The notes beneath the pieces are model-generated. The model did no database searches. It was not told where the DNA came from and was given only the letters and a program-made list of their open reading frames with translations. Positions 1-10,517 of a stretch of DNA of 64,000 nt are shown here, one piece after another (within the stretch, counting starts at the first letter, position 1; the number at the start of each line of letters is the position of its first letter). The translations under genes were made by a program, and so were the position numbers. The stretch spans positions 1,344,001-1,408,000 of the forward strand of contig OZ224045.1 in assembly GCA_963665325.3 (NCBI GenBank), given 5' to 3'. Source of the DNA: Alphaproteobacteria bacterium. Lineage in GTDB: Bacteria; Pseudomonadota; Alphaproteobacteria; Bin95.

Positions 1-77
1 GCAGCGCTGGAACCCGATCTGGAAGAACATCCCGCCGGCGTGTTGCGCGGCGGCTGCCCCGGAGGTCCGCCCGCCCG

Positions 78-734
78 TCACGAGACCCGGCTCCACGCCT
101 CGCACTCCCCGGGCGCGGGTGCCGCCGCGCCGCGCGAAGCACGGGCGCCGCGACAGCGCCGCGGCGGGCCGCGCAGCACGCGGCGCAGGCACAGCAGGCA
201 CAGCCTGAGGTCCAGCCAGGGGCTCATCCGCGCGATATACAGCTTGTCGTAGCGCAGCTTGCACCGCGGATGCAGGTGATAGTGGCCGCGCGCCTGCGCC
301 AGGCCCGCGATACCGGGCCGCACCCGCAGCCGCTGCGAAAACCCGGGAACCGCCCGCTCCAGCCGGCTCGCCATCTCCGGGCGTTCCGGCCGCGGCCCCA
401 CCAGGCTCATCTCGCCCCGCGCGACGTTCACGAGCTGCGGCAGCTCGTCCAGGTGCAGCCGGCGCAGCCACCGGCCCACCCGGGTCACGCGCGCGTCGCG
501 CCACGCGGCCCACACCGGCCCCGTCCTGCGCTCCGCCCCGTCGAGCATGGTGCGGAACTTGATTATGCGAAACGGCCGCCCGCCGCGCCCGAGGCGCGTC
601 TGGCAGTACAGCGCCGGTCCCGGGCTGTCGAGCCGGATCGCCAGCGCGATCAGCGCGCAGAGCGGCAGCAGCACCACGCCCGCAAGCACCGTCAGGCACA
701 GGTCCATCGGCCGCTTGTATCCGTCGTTCACCAT
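78..734 (-). CDS. Bacterial sugar transferase (priming/initiating phosphoglycosyl transferase, Bac_transf domain)
   Basis: KRxxD-TM helix, DSPGP, IKFRTM, D-x-RVTRVGRWLR, LDELPQL-N-V-G-EMSLVGPRPE, RPGI-GLAQ motifs; start set at ATG 734 (MVNDGYKR). Confidence 0.9.
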   Translation of the reverse strand: MVNDGYKRPMDLCLTVLAGVVLLPLCALIALAIRLDSPGPALYCQTRLGRGGRPFRIIKFRTMLDGAERRTGPVWAAWRDARVTRVGRWLRRLHLDELPQLVNVARGEMSLVGPRPERPEMASRLERAVPGFSQRLRVRPGIAGLAQARGHYHLHPRCKLRYDKLYIARMSPWLDLRLCLLCLRRVLRGPPRRCRGARASRGAAAPAPGECEAWSRVS

Positions 735-923
735 CGCCGTCCCCGACCTGAAGACCCGTGCTCCACGCCGCCGTGTGCGGGCCGGCCCGGCCATGCGGGC
801 GACCGCGTCCAGGCCGTCTTCCGGACCGCCGGACCGCGCTCCGCAGCGCCGGACGAACCGGCGCAAATGCACCGTGCACCCGGTGTGTGTCTCGTTGCGG
901 TCTTCATGGAACCGGAGGGAGTG

Positions 924-1745
924 TCATCCCGCGCCGCCCCCGGGCTTGCCGCCGCATCCCGGAACCGGCGACCGCCCGGCGGCCGTCGCCGCGTGCGGTC
1001 GGGGCGGCGGCGGGTTCGCCGTCCGCGATGCCGCGATCCCGGCGGCGGATCGGCCGATCGGTCCCCGCTTCTCAAGCTCGGCCAGGATGCGCCGGGCGGC
1101 GAGGTCGGGCCCGACGGTCGTGGTATCGATCTCCATGTCATGGCTTCGCGGACGTTCATAGGGGTCGTCGATGCCGGTGAACCGCTCGATCAGGCCGGCC
1201 CGCGCCCTGGCGTAGAGGCCCTTCGGGTCGCGGGCCTCGCAGACCGCAAGCGGCGTCGACACCCAGACCTCGACGTAGCGCCCGGCCGCTTCGACCGTCT
1301 CGCGGAAGCGGCGGCGGCCGGTTGCATAGGGTGCGATAACGGCGCAGATCGCAATGCCGCCCTGGCGGGCGACCTCGGCAGCCGCGAGCCCGATGCGCCG
1401 CAGGTTGGTCTCGCGGTCTTCCCGGGAGAAGCCCAGTTCGCTGGAGAGGCGCGTGCGGACGATGTCGCCATCGAGAAGGGTTGCCTGACGGCCCGATCTC
1501 TCGCTCAGCAGTGCTGCGAGCGCGTTTGCGAGCGTCGACTTGCCGGCGCCCGAGAGGCCGGTGAACAGGACCGTGAAGCCTTCGGGAGCAGAGAAGCCGC
1601 CATTGGGCAGGCGTTCCGGATCGCAGCGCCGGCGTGAGGCGAGGTCCCGACCCTTCGCGTTCCGGGCGGGGGACTGGGTCCCTGGCGAGCCGCCAGGGAC
1701 TTCAGGCGGCAGCCCGGGCCGCCCACTGACGATCGGAGAGTTCAT
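924..1745 (-). CDS. cysC: Adenylyl-sulfate (APS) kinase; true start uncertain, kinase domain begins near 1581
   Basis: FTGLSGAGKST P-loop, LLDGDIVR, LGFSREDR, IAPY, RDPKGLY, FTGIDDPYE. Confidence 0.85.
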   Translation of the reverse strand: MNSPIVSGRPGLPPEVPGGSPGTQSPARNAKGRDLASRRRCDPERLPNGGFSAPEGFTVLFTGLSGAGKSTLANALAALLSERSGRQATLLDGDIVRTRLSSELGFSREDRETNLRRIGLAAAEVARQGGIAICAVIAPYATGRRRFRETVEAAGRYVEVWVSTPLAVCEARDPKGLYARARAGLIERFTGIDDPYERPRSHDMEIDTTTVGPDLAARRILAELEKRGPIGRSAAGIAASRTANPPPPRPHAATAAGRSPVPGCGGKPGGGAG

Positions 1746-2188
1746 CGCGGCCCTTCCTGCAGGGTCGGTGTCGTTTCCGCCTGTCTCGACCGCGTTGCCG
1801 CCCGGGACCAGATCGATGCGGGCGCGCCGCTCCCGGCTCTTGCTTGCCGGGCCCGCAACTTCCCCTTTCGCCGCAGAGAACATCCGTCCACCCCAAAGAC
1901 AAACTCCAATGCGAGTGGCGCCGCTGTCTGGGAGATGCCCCCCTCCCCGGCGCGCCACCCGGCCGCGGTCCGGACCGCGGCCGGGCGGGATCATGGCAAA
2001 AAGAGCATGGACCTGGTGTGAATTATCTCGTTGTTCCAGTGGTGATTGCATGTATTCTATGCCGGAATCGCATCGACAACGCCCCGTTCGGCATCGACTC
2101 CGGTAGCGATGCGCCTCCGCGGCGGATCGATTCGCCCGCCGATTCGGGGGAACCCGCCGGACGGACGGGCCGGGAAGAGGAGGGAACG

Positions 2189-4540
2189 ATGGCCGGTCGC
2201 GACACGATCGAGCGGGAGAACGCGGCGCTGCGCAGGCGCGGCGCGGAGCTCAACGCGGCGATCCTGCGCATCGGCGCGAGCCTCGACCTCGACACCGTGC
2301 TGCGCGAGATCGTCGACAGCGCCCGCGCGCTCACCGGCGCCCGCTACGGCATGATCGCGACGTTCGACGGGGCGGGCGCGATCGAGGAGTTCATCGCCCC
2401 GGGGCTTTCGGACGACGAACGCCGGCACATGGCCGGGTGGCCGCCCGGCCACGCCTTCTTCGAGCACCTGCGCGGCCTTCCGGACCCGCTCCGGGTAGCC
2501 GACCTGCCCGCCTACCTGCGCTCGCTCGGCTACACCGACGGGCTCACGCTCTCGAAGACCCTGCAGGCGACGCCGATGCGCCACCGCGGCGCGCATGTGG
2601 GCCACTTCTTCCTCGGCGAGAAGGAGCAGGGCCAGGAGTTCACTGAGGAGGATGAGGAGGTGCTGGTGCTGTTCGCCTCCCAAGCGGCGACGGCGATCGC
2701 CAATGCCCGCACGCATCGCGACGAGCGGCGCGCGCGGGCCGGCCTCGAGGCGCTGGTCGACACCTCGCCGGTCGGCGTCGTGGTGTTCGATGCCGGAAGC
2801 GGCCGCCCGGTCTCTTTCAACCGCGAGGCGCGGCGCATCGTGGAGGGGCTGCGCTCGCCGGGCCAGCCGCCCGAGCAACTGGCGGAGACGATCGCCTGCC
2901 GGCGGCCCGACGGACGCGAGGTCCGGCTGAGCGACCTCTCCCATGCCGAGACGGTGCGCGCCGAGGAGATGGAGCTGTCGGTGCCGGACGGGCGCAGCGT
3001 CACCACGCTGCTCAACGCGACGCCGATCCGGCTGACGGAGGACTCCGTCGAATCGGTGGTTGTCACCATGCAGGACCTGGCGCCGCTCGAGGAGCTCGAC
3101 CGGCAGCGCGCGGAGTTCCTGGGGCTGGTCAGCCACGAGCTGCGCACGCCCCTCGCCGCCATCAAGGGATCGGCCGCCTCCGTGCTGGGCGCGGGCCCCG
3201 AGCTCGACCCCGCCGAGATGCGCGAGTTTTTCCGCGTCATCGACGAGCAGGCCGACCACATGCGCGGCCTGGTCGGCGACCTGCTCGACGTCGGGCGCAT
3301 CGACGCCGGCACGCTGTCGGTGTCGCCCGAGCCCTCCGCGGTCGCCGCCCTGGTGGACCGGGCCCGCAACGCCTTCCTCGCCGGCGGCGCCCGGCACGGC
3401 GTGTCGATCGACCTGCCGCCCGACCTGCCGCCGGTGATGGCCGACCGGCGGCGCATCGTGCAGGTGCTGAACAACCTGCTCGCCAACGCCGCGCGGCACG
3501 CGCCGGAGTCCCTGCCGATCCGGATCGCGGCGGTGCGCGACGGCGTGCATGTCGCGCTCACGGTCTCCGACGAGGGCCGGGGCGTGGCGCCGGAGCGGCT
3601 CCCGCATCTGTTCCGCAAGCACACCGGCCTCGCCGATGGCGGCGACGGCGCGCTGGGGTCGGCGGGTCTCGGCCTCGCCATCTGCAAGGGCCTCGTGGAG
3701 GCGCATGGCGGGCGCATCCGGGCCGCAAGCGGCGGGCCGGGCCAGGGCACGCAGGTCACGTTCAGCCTGCCGGTCGCCGGCGAGCCCGGCGAGCCCGGCG
3801 AGGACGAGACGGCGGGCCGTGCTGCGGGCCGCCCGGCCGCGGCGCCGAACGGGCAGAAACCGGCGCCCGTCCTGGTGGTCGACGACGATCCGAAGGCGCT
3901 GCGCTTCGTGCGCGACGCGCTGGCCGGCACGAACTACGTCCCGGTGGTGACCGGCGATCCGGAAGCGATCGCCGGCCTCATCCACACCGAGAAGCCCCGG
4001 CTGGTCCTGCTCGACCTGATGCTGCCCGGGACCGACGGCATCGAGCTGATGCGGCGCGTCCCGGAACTCGGCGACCTGCCGGTCATCTTCATCTCGGCCT
4101 ACGGCCGCGACGAGACCATCGCGCGGGCGCTTGAGGCGGGCGCGTCCGACTACATCGTCAAGCCGTTCTCGCCGACCGAGCTGGTGGCGCGGATCCGGGC
4201 CGCGCTGCGCCGGGAGGCCGCGCCCGAGCCCTACCTGCTCGGCGATCTCGCGATCCACTACGAGGAGCGCCGGGTGAGCGTGGCGGGCCGCGACGTGGCG
4301 CTGACCGCGACCGAGTACGAGCTGCTGCGGGTGCTCTCGCGGAACGAGGGACGGGTATCGACCTTCGAGGCCCTGCTGCGCCAGGTCTGGCGCGGGCGGC
4401 ATCACGGCGACCCGGAACTCCTTCGCACCTATGTGAAGAAGCTGCGCCGCAAGCTCGGGGACGACGCGGCGCGCCCCGCCTACATCGTCAACGAGCGCGG
4501 CGTCGGCTACCGCATGGCCCGGCCCGGCCAGCGGCCCTGA
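2189..4540 (+). CDS. Soluble hybrid sensor: GAF-PAS-HisKA-HATPase-REC-OmpR winged-helix
   Basis: GAF (LDTVLREIV..., FTEEDEEVL..FASQAA), PAS, SHELRTPL H-box, NLLANA/DEGRG/GLGLAI boxes, VVDDD/LLDLMLP/KPF receiver, LTATEYELL..LRRKL..RGVGY wHTH; GAGGAGG RBS before ATG 2189. Confidence 0.9.
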   Translation: MAGRDTIERENAALRRRGAELNAAILRIGASLDLDTVLREIVDSARALTGARYGMIATFDGAGAIEEFIAPGLSDDERRHMAGWPPGHAFFEHLRGLPDPLRVADLPAYLRSLGYTDGLTLSKTLQATPMRHRGAHVGHFFLGEKEQGQEFTEEDEEVLVLFASQAATAIANARTHRDERRARAGLEALVDTSPVGVVVFDAGSGRPVSFNREARRIVEGLRSPGQPPEQLAETIACRRPDGREVRLSDLSHAETVRAEEMELSVPDGRSVTTLLNATPIRLTEDSVESVVVTMQDLAPLEELDRQRAEFLGLVSHELRTPLAAIKGSAASVLGAGPELDPAEMREFFRVIDEQADHMRGLVGDLLDVGRIDAGTLSVSPEPSAVAALVDRARNAFLAGGARHGVSIDLPPDLPPVMADRRRIVQVLNNLLANAARHAPESLPIRIAAVRDGVHVALTVSDEGRGVAPERLPHLFRKHTGLADGGDGALGSAGLGLAICKGLVEAHGGRIRAASGGPGQGTQVTFSLPVAGEPGEPGEDETAGRAAGRPAAAPNGQKPAPVLVVDDDPKALRFVRDALAGTNYVPVVTGDPEAIAGLIHTEKPRLVLLDLMLPGTDGIELMRRVPELGDLPVIFISAYGRDETIARALEAGASDYIVKPFSPTELVARIRAALRREAAPEPYLLGDLAIHYEERRVSVAGRDVALTATEYELLRVLSRNEGRVSTFEALLRQVWRGRHHGDPELLRTYVKKLRRKLGDDAARPAYIVNERGVGYRMARPGQRP

Positions 4541-4718
4541 GCCGCCCGTACGCGACACCCGAAAGCGCGCAGCCGGACCCGCCGCGAGGATGACCGATGA
4601 CGGGTGGCGACGGGGATCGGGAAACACCTCTCGATGCCGCTTCACGGACGGGCGCGGGCCCGCCTTCCGGAATACCCGGCCGGCGACCGCCCGTGAGAGC
4701 CGCAGCGGAGGCCGGTTC

Positions 4719-6047
4719 CTAGACCGCCGGGACTTCGCGCCAGGATGTCCGCTCAAACCCGTCGAGCTCCCGTGCGAGCCGCGCGACCGCGGGTGCCGTC
4801 CGCGCAAGCGCCGGTCCGGGATCGGCGCGGGATTCGGCGTGAATGAGGTCCGCGATGCACGCACCGAGACCCTCCATGCCGCCAGGGTCGAGACCGCGGG
4901 CGGTCGCCGCGGCGACGCCCAGGCGCAGCCCGGTCCACTTCGAGGGATTGCGCGCGTCGAACGGCACCGGGTTCCTGTTCGACGTGATGCCGGCGCGCGC
5001 GAGCGCGGTCTCCGCCTGGCTTCCGAGGAGCCCCACCGAAGCAAGGTCGAGCAGCACCATGTGGGTGTCGGTGCCGTCGCCGACGATCCCGATGCGGCGG
5101 TCGGAGAGCGTGGCGGCAAGCGTGCGCGCGTTCGCAACCACGCGCCGCCCGTAGACTGCGAACTCCGGGCGAAGCGCCTCGCCGAGGCACACCGCCTTGG
5201 CCGCGAGCACGTTGGAATGGAGGCTTCCCTGGACGCCGGGAAATACGGCGGACTGTAGGCGCTTTGCGAACTCGTCCGACCGGGAGAGGACGATTCCGCC
5301 CCGGGGCCCGCGCAGCGTCTTGGTGGTGGTGCAGGTGACGATGTCGGCATGCGGCAGGGGCGAGGCGTGCACGCCCGCTGCGACGAGACCCGCGATATGG
5401 GCCATGTCGACCAGGAACCGCGCCTCGACCGCTTCGGCGATGCGGCCCATGCGTTCGAAGTCGATCGCATGCGGATAGGCCGAGCCGCCGGCGATCAGCA
5501 GCGCCGGGCGCACCTCGCGGGCGCGGGCCTCGATTTCGTCGTAGTCGAGCAGGCCGCTCGTGGGGTCCACGCCGTAGCGATGGGCGTCGAACCAGCGCCC
5601 CGAGAGGTTGGCCCCGGCGCCGTGACTGAGATGCCCGCCGGCCGCCAGGTCGAGGCTCAGGATCCGGTCTCCGGGGCGCAGCAGCGCGAAGAACACCGCC
5701 TGGTTCGCCTGCGTGCCGGAATGCGGCTGGACATTGACGTAGGCCGCGCCGAACAGCTCCTTCGCGCGCTCGATGGCGAGGCGCTCCACGACGTCGACAT
5801 GCTCGCCGCCGCCGTGAAAGCGGTTTCCGGGATAGCCCTCCAGCGTCTTGTTGCCGATCTCGTGGCCGAGCGCCTCGCGCACCGCGCGGCTCATGACATT
5901 CTCCGAGGCGATGAGCTCGATCTGCTCGCGCTGGCGGCGCGTCTCGCCTTCGAGCGCTTCCGCCACCGCCGGATCGGTGTCGGCAAGGGAACGCCGGGCA
6001 TGGGCGCCGGGATTGTCGTTCGCGTACATGGGCGGTCTCATCCGCAT
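4719..6047 (-). CDS. glyA: Serine hydroxymethyltransferase family, probably the 2-methylserine (alpha-methylserine) hydroxymethyltransferase subtype
   Basis: ELIASEN, NVQPHSG, GGHLSHG, DMAHIAGL, TTTKTLRGPRGG, GTDTH; subtype signatures EGYPGNRFHGG and PGVQGSLHSN. Confidence 0.9.
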   Translation of the reverse strand: MRMRPPMYANDNPGAHARRSLADTDPAVAEALEGETRRQREQIELIASENVMSRAVREALGHEIGNKTLEGYPGNRFHGGGEHVDVVERLAIERAKELFGAAYVNVQPHSGTQANQAVFFALLRPGDRILSLDLAAGGHLSHGAGANLSGRWFDAHRYGVDPTSGLLDYDEIEARAREVRPALLIAGGSAYPHAIDFERMGRIAEAVEARFLVDMAHIAGLVAAGVHASPLPHADIVTCTTTKTLRGPRGGIVLSRSDEFAKRLQSAVFPGVQGSLHSNVLAAKAVCLGEALRPEFAVYGRRVVANARTLAATLSDRRIGIVGDGTDTHMVLLDLASVGLLGSQAETALARAGITSNRNPVPFDARNPSKWTGLRLGVAAATARGLDPGGMEGLGACIADLIHAESRADPGPALARTAPAVARLARELDGFERTSWREVPAV

Positions 6048-6478
6048 CCGGAACGCAGATGTGGGCGTCCCGCCGCCACGATCGGGAAAACCATGACCCC
6101 ATTATCCGGATCTAACCTGTATCCAATGTGAATAATCGCTCCGGTTGCGGGGTTTTATCGTGTCTTTCACGAAGGATCTCTTCGATGGAGTCACCGCGGA
6201 GCGCCATGTTTCCGCCCGGGCGCGGCGCCCTGACCGCCTCCCGATCCGGCTCCCGCTCCCTCCGACCCGTGATAGCCCCGTCGAACGACGGCGCCCCCCA
6301 CGCCGACGTCGCGTCGGCACTAGCATCGCGATGCCCGGGGCCGCCCGGGTCGGGGCGGATAACAAATTCCTATCGCCCACATTGGAAAATCCGTCTGGTT
6401 GCGGCGCCAGTGCTGCCCACGTGACTCGGTAGCGCATCCCTTCGGGGAGCCGCCTCTGGATCGCAGAGGAGCACCGCA

Positions 6479-7477
6479 ATGGTCGCACCGGGCACCGTTC
6501 GCGCGGCAGGACCGCCGATCGCCGTCCTCGCCGCCGCGTTCACGCTTCTTCTTTCGGCAGACGCGGCCTTGGCCGCATGCAGCAAGGGGAACCGGGTGAA
6601 CCACAGGGACGCGGAATGCCTGAGCGCCAGCTGGAACAACCGGGGCGTGCTCAGGAAGAGCCCCTACCATGTCCGGAACATGTGCCCCGACTACGGCACC
6701 GTCGTGGCCAAGGTAGACCTGAAGTCCGCCATGGACCGCACGCTCCACCTCGACGATGGTGACGAGAGGGACGGCTCCACCATCCACAGGATCCGGGGCA
6801 TCTCCTGCTGCTCCGACTCGGGCGACCTCTGCAACCGGTCCGACGTCCTCACCGACGCGGGCTGCCTGGCGCGGTTCCGGCAGGTCAGTCCGGCGGCGGG
6901 AACCTGCACGAACGCAACCGCCACGTTTTCCGGCGAGAACAACACGTGCACCATCGCCGCCGAATGCGAGTGGATCGACCCCGAGCATGCGGTCTTCCCC
7001 TACATGCCCACCGGGATCGTCATCCCCTTTCCGGATCTGGACGAGGTCCAGAATTGCGGCGGGCTTTTGAGGCGCGGACCCTGCAACAGCAACCCTCAAG
7101 GCATGACCACGGTATCGGTCGGCGATGCGCGGGTCCGGGAAGCCCGGGGCGCGTCCCTGGAATTCGCGATTACGCTGAGCCGGATACACCCGAAGTCACT
7201 GACCCTCGCTTACGTCACCAGGGACGGCACGGCCAGGGCCGGGTCGGACTACAGGGGGACCGGGGGCGTGCTGACCTTCTGGTCGGGCCAGACGCGGAAG
7301 ACCGTGTCCGTGCGGGTGCTGGACGACGAGCTGGACGAAGGCCCGGAGACGCTGAAGCTGAAAGTGACGGTGATGGGCGGGTGGCCGGTGACCCTGGCGA
7401 ACCCGACCGCGACCGGGACGATCGTCAACGCCGACAGCGTGCCGAAGGCATGGATTGCGCGCTTCGGGTGTTGTTAA
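6479..7477 (+). pseudogene. Secreted Cys-rich protein with a Calx-beta domain, 3'-truncated by IS21
   Basis: Signal peptide (..ALAA), 12 Cys in the N-terminal domain, Calx-beta motif (SVGDARVRE..YVTRDGTARAGSDY..GVLTF..KTVSVRVLDDELDEGPETL); the stop codon lies inside the IS21 left end right after AWIARFG. Confidence 0.75.
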
Positions 7478-7583
7478 GCGTGGAAGATTGACCCCCTGTT
7501 GGGGGTTATCGGCGTCCAAAATTGACCCCCCATGGATTGTGTCCATGAACACGCCCTGTCGTTGGACGGACGGGGTGGGGGAG

Positions 7584-9098
7584 ATGCTGGTTGTGGAGAC
7601 GATAGCGCGGATCCGTCGGGATCATCTGGTGAAGGGCGTTCCGATCAAGAAGCTGGCGCGGGATTTGAGGGTTTCGAAGAACACGATACGCAAGGTGGTT
7701 CGGGGCGATACGACCTCGCACAGCTATGAGCGCAAGATCCAGCCGATGCCGAAGCTTGGGCCTTGGGTGGCAGAGCTTGAGCGCCAGCTGGAGGCCAACG
7801 AGAAGAAGAAGCGCCGGGATCGCCTGTCCCTGCTGCAGATCCATGAGGACCTTGGCGAGCTGGGCTACAAGGGCGGCTATGACGCGGTCCGGCGCTACGC
7901 CAGGGCGTGGCGGCGCCGACGCCGTCTGTTATCGCCGTCGCAGGCCTATGTGCCGCTGATCTTCGATCCGGGCGAGGCCTACCAGTTCGACTGGAGCCAC
8001 GAGTATGCGCGTCTGGCGGGAGCGACGACCAAGGTGAAGGCGGCGCACATGCGGCTGTGCCACAGCCGCATGTATCTGGTGCAGATCTTTCCCCGCGAGA
8101 GCCAGGAGATGGTCTTTGAGGCGCACGAGCGTGCCTTCCGCTTCTTCGGCGGGGTCTGCCGACGGGGCATCTACGACAACATGAAGACGGCGGTGAACAC
8201 GATCTTCGTCGGCAAGGAGCGTGCCTACAACCGCCGCTTCCAGGAGATGTGCTCGCACCATCTGGTGGAGCCAGTGGCGTGCACGCCAGGGGCGGGCTGG
8301 GAGAAGGGGCAGGTTGAGAAGCAGGTGGGAGACCTTCGCGGGCGTCTGTTCGCGCGCAGCCCGCGGGGCCGCTCCTACACCGAGATCAACGAGTGGCTGA
8401 TGGATCGGTGCATCGAGGAGGCCAGGAAGCAGCCGCATCCGACGATCGAGGGCAAGACGGTGTGGCAGGTATTCGAGGAGGAGCGGCCCTTCCTGATGGC
8501 ATACCGCGGTCCCTTCGACGGCTTCCATGCCAGCGAGGTGTCAGTCTCGAAGACCTGCCTGGTGCGCTTCGACAACAACCAGTACAGCGTCTCTGCCCGC
8601 GCGGTGGGACGGCCGGTGGACGTGCGGGCCTATGCCGAGCGGATCGTCATCCGCCAGGACGGCGAGATCGTCGCCGAGCATCCCCGGAGCTTCGGGCGCG
8701 GTCGGTTCGTCTACGATCCGTGGCATTACGTGCCGATCCTGACGAGGAAGCCCGGCGCACTGAGGAACGGCGCACCCTTCAAGGACTGGCAGTTGCCCAA
8801 CGCGCTGGGCCGCCTGCGAACCCGGCTCGCCGGCCACGACGACGGCGACCGGCAGTTCGTCAAGATCCTCGCGGCGGTGCTGGAGGACGGGCTGGAGGCG
8901 GTCGAGGCGGCCTGCGCCGAGGCGCTCGCCTGCGGCGCCTGCAGCGCCGACGTCGTGCTCAACATCCTCGCCCGGCAGCGCCAGCCGGCACCGCCGGCAA
9001 TCATCCCGACGCCCGAGGGCCTGAAGCTCCGCCACCAGCCGGTGGCCGACTGTCAGCGCTACGACAGCCTGAGGGAGGCCGGTCATGGAGCGTCATGA
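7584..9098 (+). CDS. istA: IS21 transposase IstA
   Basis: N-terminal [38 protein letters not shown]. Confidence 0.95.
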   Translation: MLVVETIARIRRDHLVKGVPIKKLARDLRVSKNTIRKVVRGDTTSHSYERKIQPMPKLGPWVAELERQLEANEKKKRRDRLSLLQIHEDLGELGYKGGYDAVRRYARAWRRRRRLLSPSQAYVPLIFDPGEAYQFDWSHEYARLAGATTKVKAAHMRLCHSRMYLVQIFPRESQEMVFEAHERAFRFFGGVCRRGIYDNMKTAVNTIFVGKERAYNRRFQEMCSHHLVEPVACTPGAGWEKGQVEKQVGDLRGRLFARSPRGRSYTEINEWLMDRCIEEARKQPHPTIEGKTVWQVFEEERPFLMAYRGPFDGFHASEVSVSKTCLVRFDNNQYSVSARAVGRPVDVRAYAERIVIRQDGEIVAEHPRSFGRGRFVYDPWHYVPILTRKPGALRNGAPFKDWQLPNALGRLRTRLAGHDDGDRQFVKILAAVLEDGLEAVEAACAEALACGACSADVVLNILARQRQPAPPAIIPTPEGLKLRHQPVADCQRYDSLREAGHGAS

Positions 9099-9813
9099 TG
9101 TGCTGGAGATGATGACCCAGCTGAAGCTCGCAGGCATGCGAGCCGCCTATGACGACATCCTCGCCGACGGGCTCAAGCGCCGTCATCCGGTGCAGCAGAT
9201 CATCGGTACGCTGCTGCAGGTCGAGATCGCCGACAAGAGGGCACGCTCGATCAAGTACCAGATGGCGTCCGCCAAGCTGCCCACGGCCAAGGAACTGGCC
9301 GACTTCGACTTCGCCGGCTCGCCGGTCAACGAGCCCCTGATCCAGGAGCTCGCCGGCGGCGGCTTCCTCGAGGGCCAGCGCAACATCGTCCTGGTCGGCG
9401 GCACCGGCACCGGCAAGACCCATCTCGCCGTCGCCGTCGCGCGCTCCTGCATCCGCAAGGGCGCCCGTGGCCGCTGCTACAACGTCGTCGACCTGGTGAA
9501 CCACCTCGAGGCCGAACTCCGTGCCGGGCGCCAGGGCCGCACCGCAGACCAGCTCGTCCGACGCGACTTCGTCATCCTCGACGAACTCGGCTACCTGCCC
9601 TTCGCCCAAGCCGGCGGACAGCTCCTCTTCCACCTCATGAGCCGGCTCTACGAGCGAACCTCGATCGTCATCACCACCAACCTCGCCTTCGGCGAGTGGC
9701 CGTCCGTCTTCGGCGATCCCAAGATGACCACGGCGTTGCTCGATCGTCTCACCCACCATTGCGAGATCATCGAGACCGGCAACGAGAGCTGGCGCTTCAA
9801 GAACCGCTCCTGA
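9085..9813 (+). CDS. istB: IS21 helper ATPase IstB
   Basis: GGTGTGKTH Walker A, ILDELGY Walker [16 protein letters not shown]. Confidence 0.95.
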   Translation: MERHDVLEMMTQLKLAGMRAAYDDILADGLKRRHPVQQIIGTLLQVEIADKRARSIKYQMASAKLPTAKELADFDFAGSPVNEPLIQELAGGGFLEGQRNIVLVGGTGTGKTHLAVAVARSCIRKGARGRCYNVVDLVNHLEAELRAGRQGRTADQLVRRDFVILDELGYLPFAQAGGQLLFHLMSRLYERTSIVITTNLAFGEWPSVFGDPKMTTALLDRLTHHCEIIETGNESWRFKNRS

Positions 9814-10014
9814 CCCGCCGCCGGCCTCCCCTGCGGCCCGGTTGCCCCGGTGGGTCAACAGGGACCCCCCACGCGGCTTCGCTCCGCGTAGCGTGAGACG
9901 CTACACGAAGCCGCGCGGGTCCCCCCTATTGACTACCGGGACAACCTCCACCGTGCCTCTCAGGGGGTCAATTTTGCACGCCGATAGGGGGTCATTATTG
10001 AAAGCCGATTGACA

Positions 10015-10517
10015 GCTCCAGAACCGCAAGCACACGGGCCAGCGCCGGGGCATCGACCGTCGCGTCTACAATCACCCGCGAGCGACCGCCCAGCACAATC
10101 TCCATCCGTCCGTCCGACGGCGAAACCTCCCAGACGCCATCCTCCGGGAGCACTTGGCTGGGTGGCGCGACGACCACCGGCACGAAGGCACTGGAGCGGG
10201 GCTCACCGTCCTGCTGCCGAAACTTCCGCCGCCAGTCGAACAGCAGGTTGGCGTTCAAGTCGCGGCGCCTCGCCACCGACGCCACCGTCACGCCAGGCGC
10301 GTAGCTCTCCGCAACGATCCGACGCTTGTCGGCCTCGCTCCACCGCCGCGCTCGACGACGTGGTCCGCCTCCTGCCTCGGCGCTCGACAGAAATTCCTGG
10401 TTCGACATTCGCGATCGTCTCCACGTGGGTCACGGTGGACGCTCGCCGTCCACCTCCGATCGCTCAAACTCGACCAAAGTCACCGTCACGCACAGACGGT
10501 CCTCGCCGGATGCTCAC
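10015..10517 (-). mobile_element. IS66-family remnant (left end plus tnpA/orfA, 9995-10408); tnpB and tnpC lost at the IS21 junction
   Basis: RRRWSEADKRRIVAES..VASVARR.DLNANLLFDWRR..FVPV..MEI..RVIVD is TnpA-like; end GTGAGCATCCGGCG resembles the IS66 GTAAGC terminus. Confidence 0.8.

Larger units (their letters stand above)
7472..10014 (+). mobile_element. IS21-family insertion sequence
   Basis: Ends TGTTAAGCG.. and ..GCCGATTGACA with repeated TGACCCC/GGGGTCA subterminal boxes; carries istA and istB; no target duplication. Confidence 0.92.

Noticed and set aside
2057-5470. Very long antisense ORFs (1137 aa here; also 14799-17228, 40075-42618, 60488-62734)
   Set aside because: Shadow frames of high-GC genes, with no domain motifs
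6048-6478. ZTP or glycine riboswitch upstream of the SHMT gene
   Set aside because: No GUGACUGG..CCAC..GCCUGG or GGAGA..CCGAAG consensus on the minus strand
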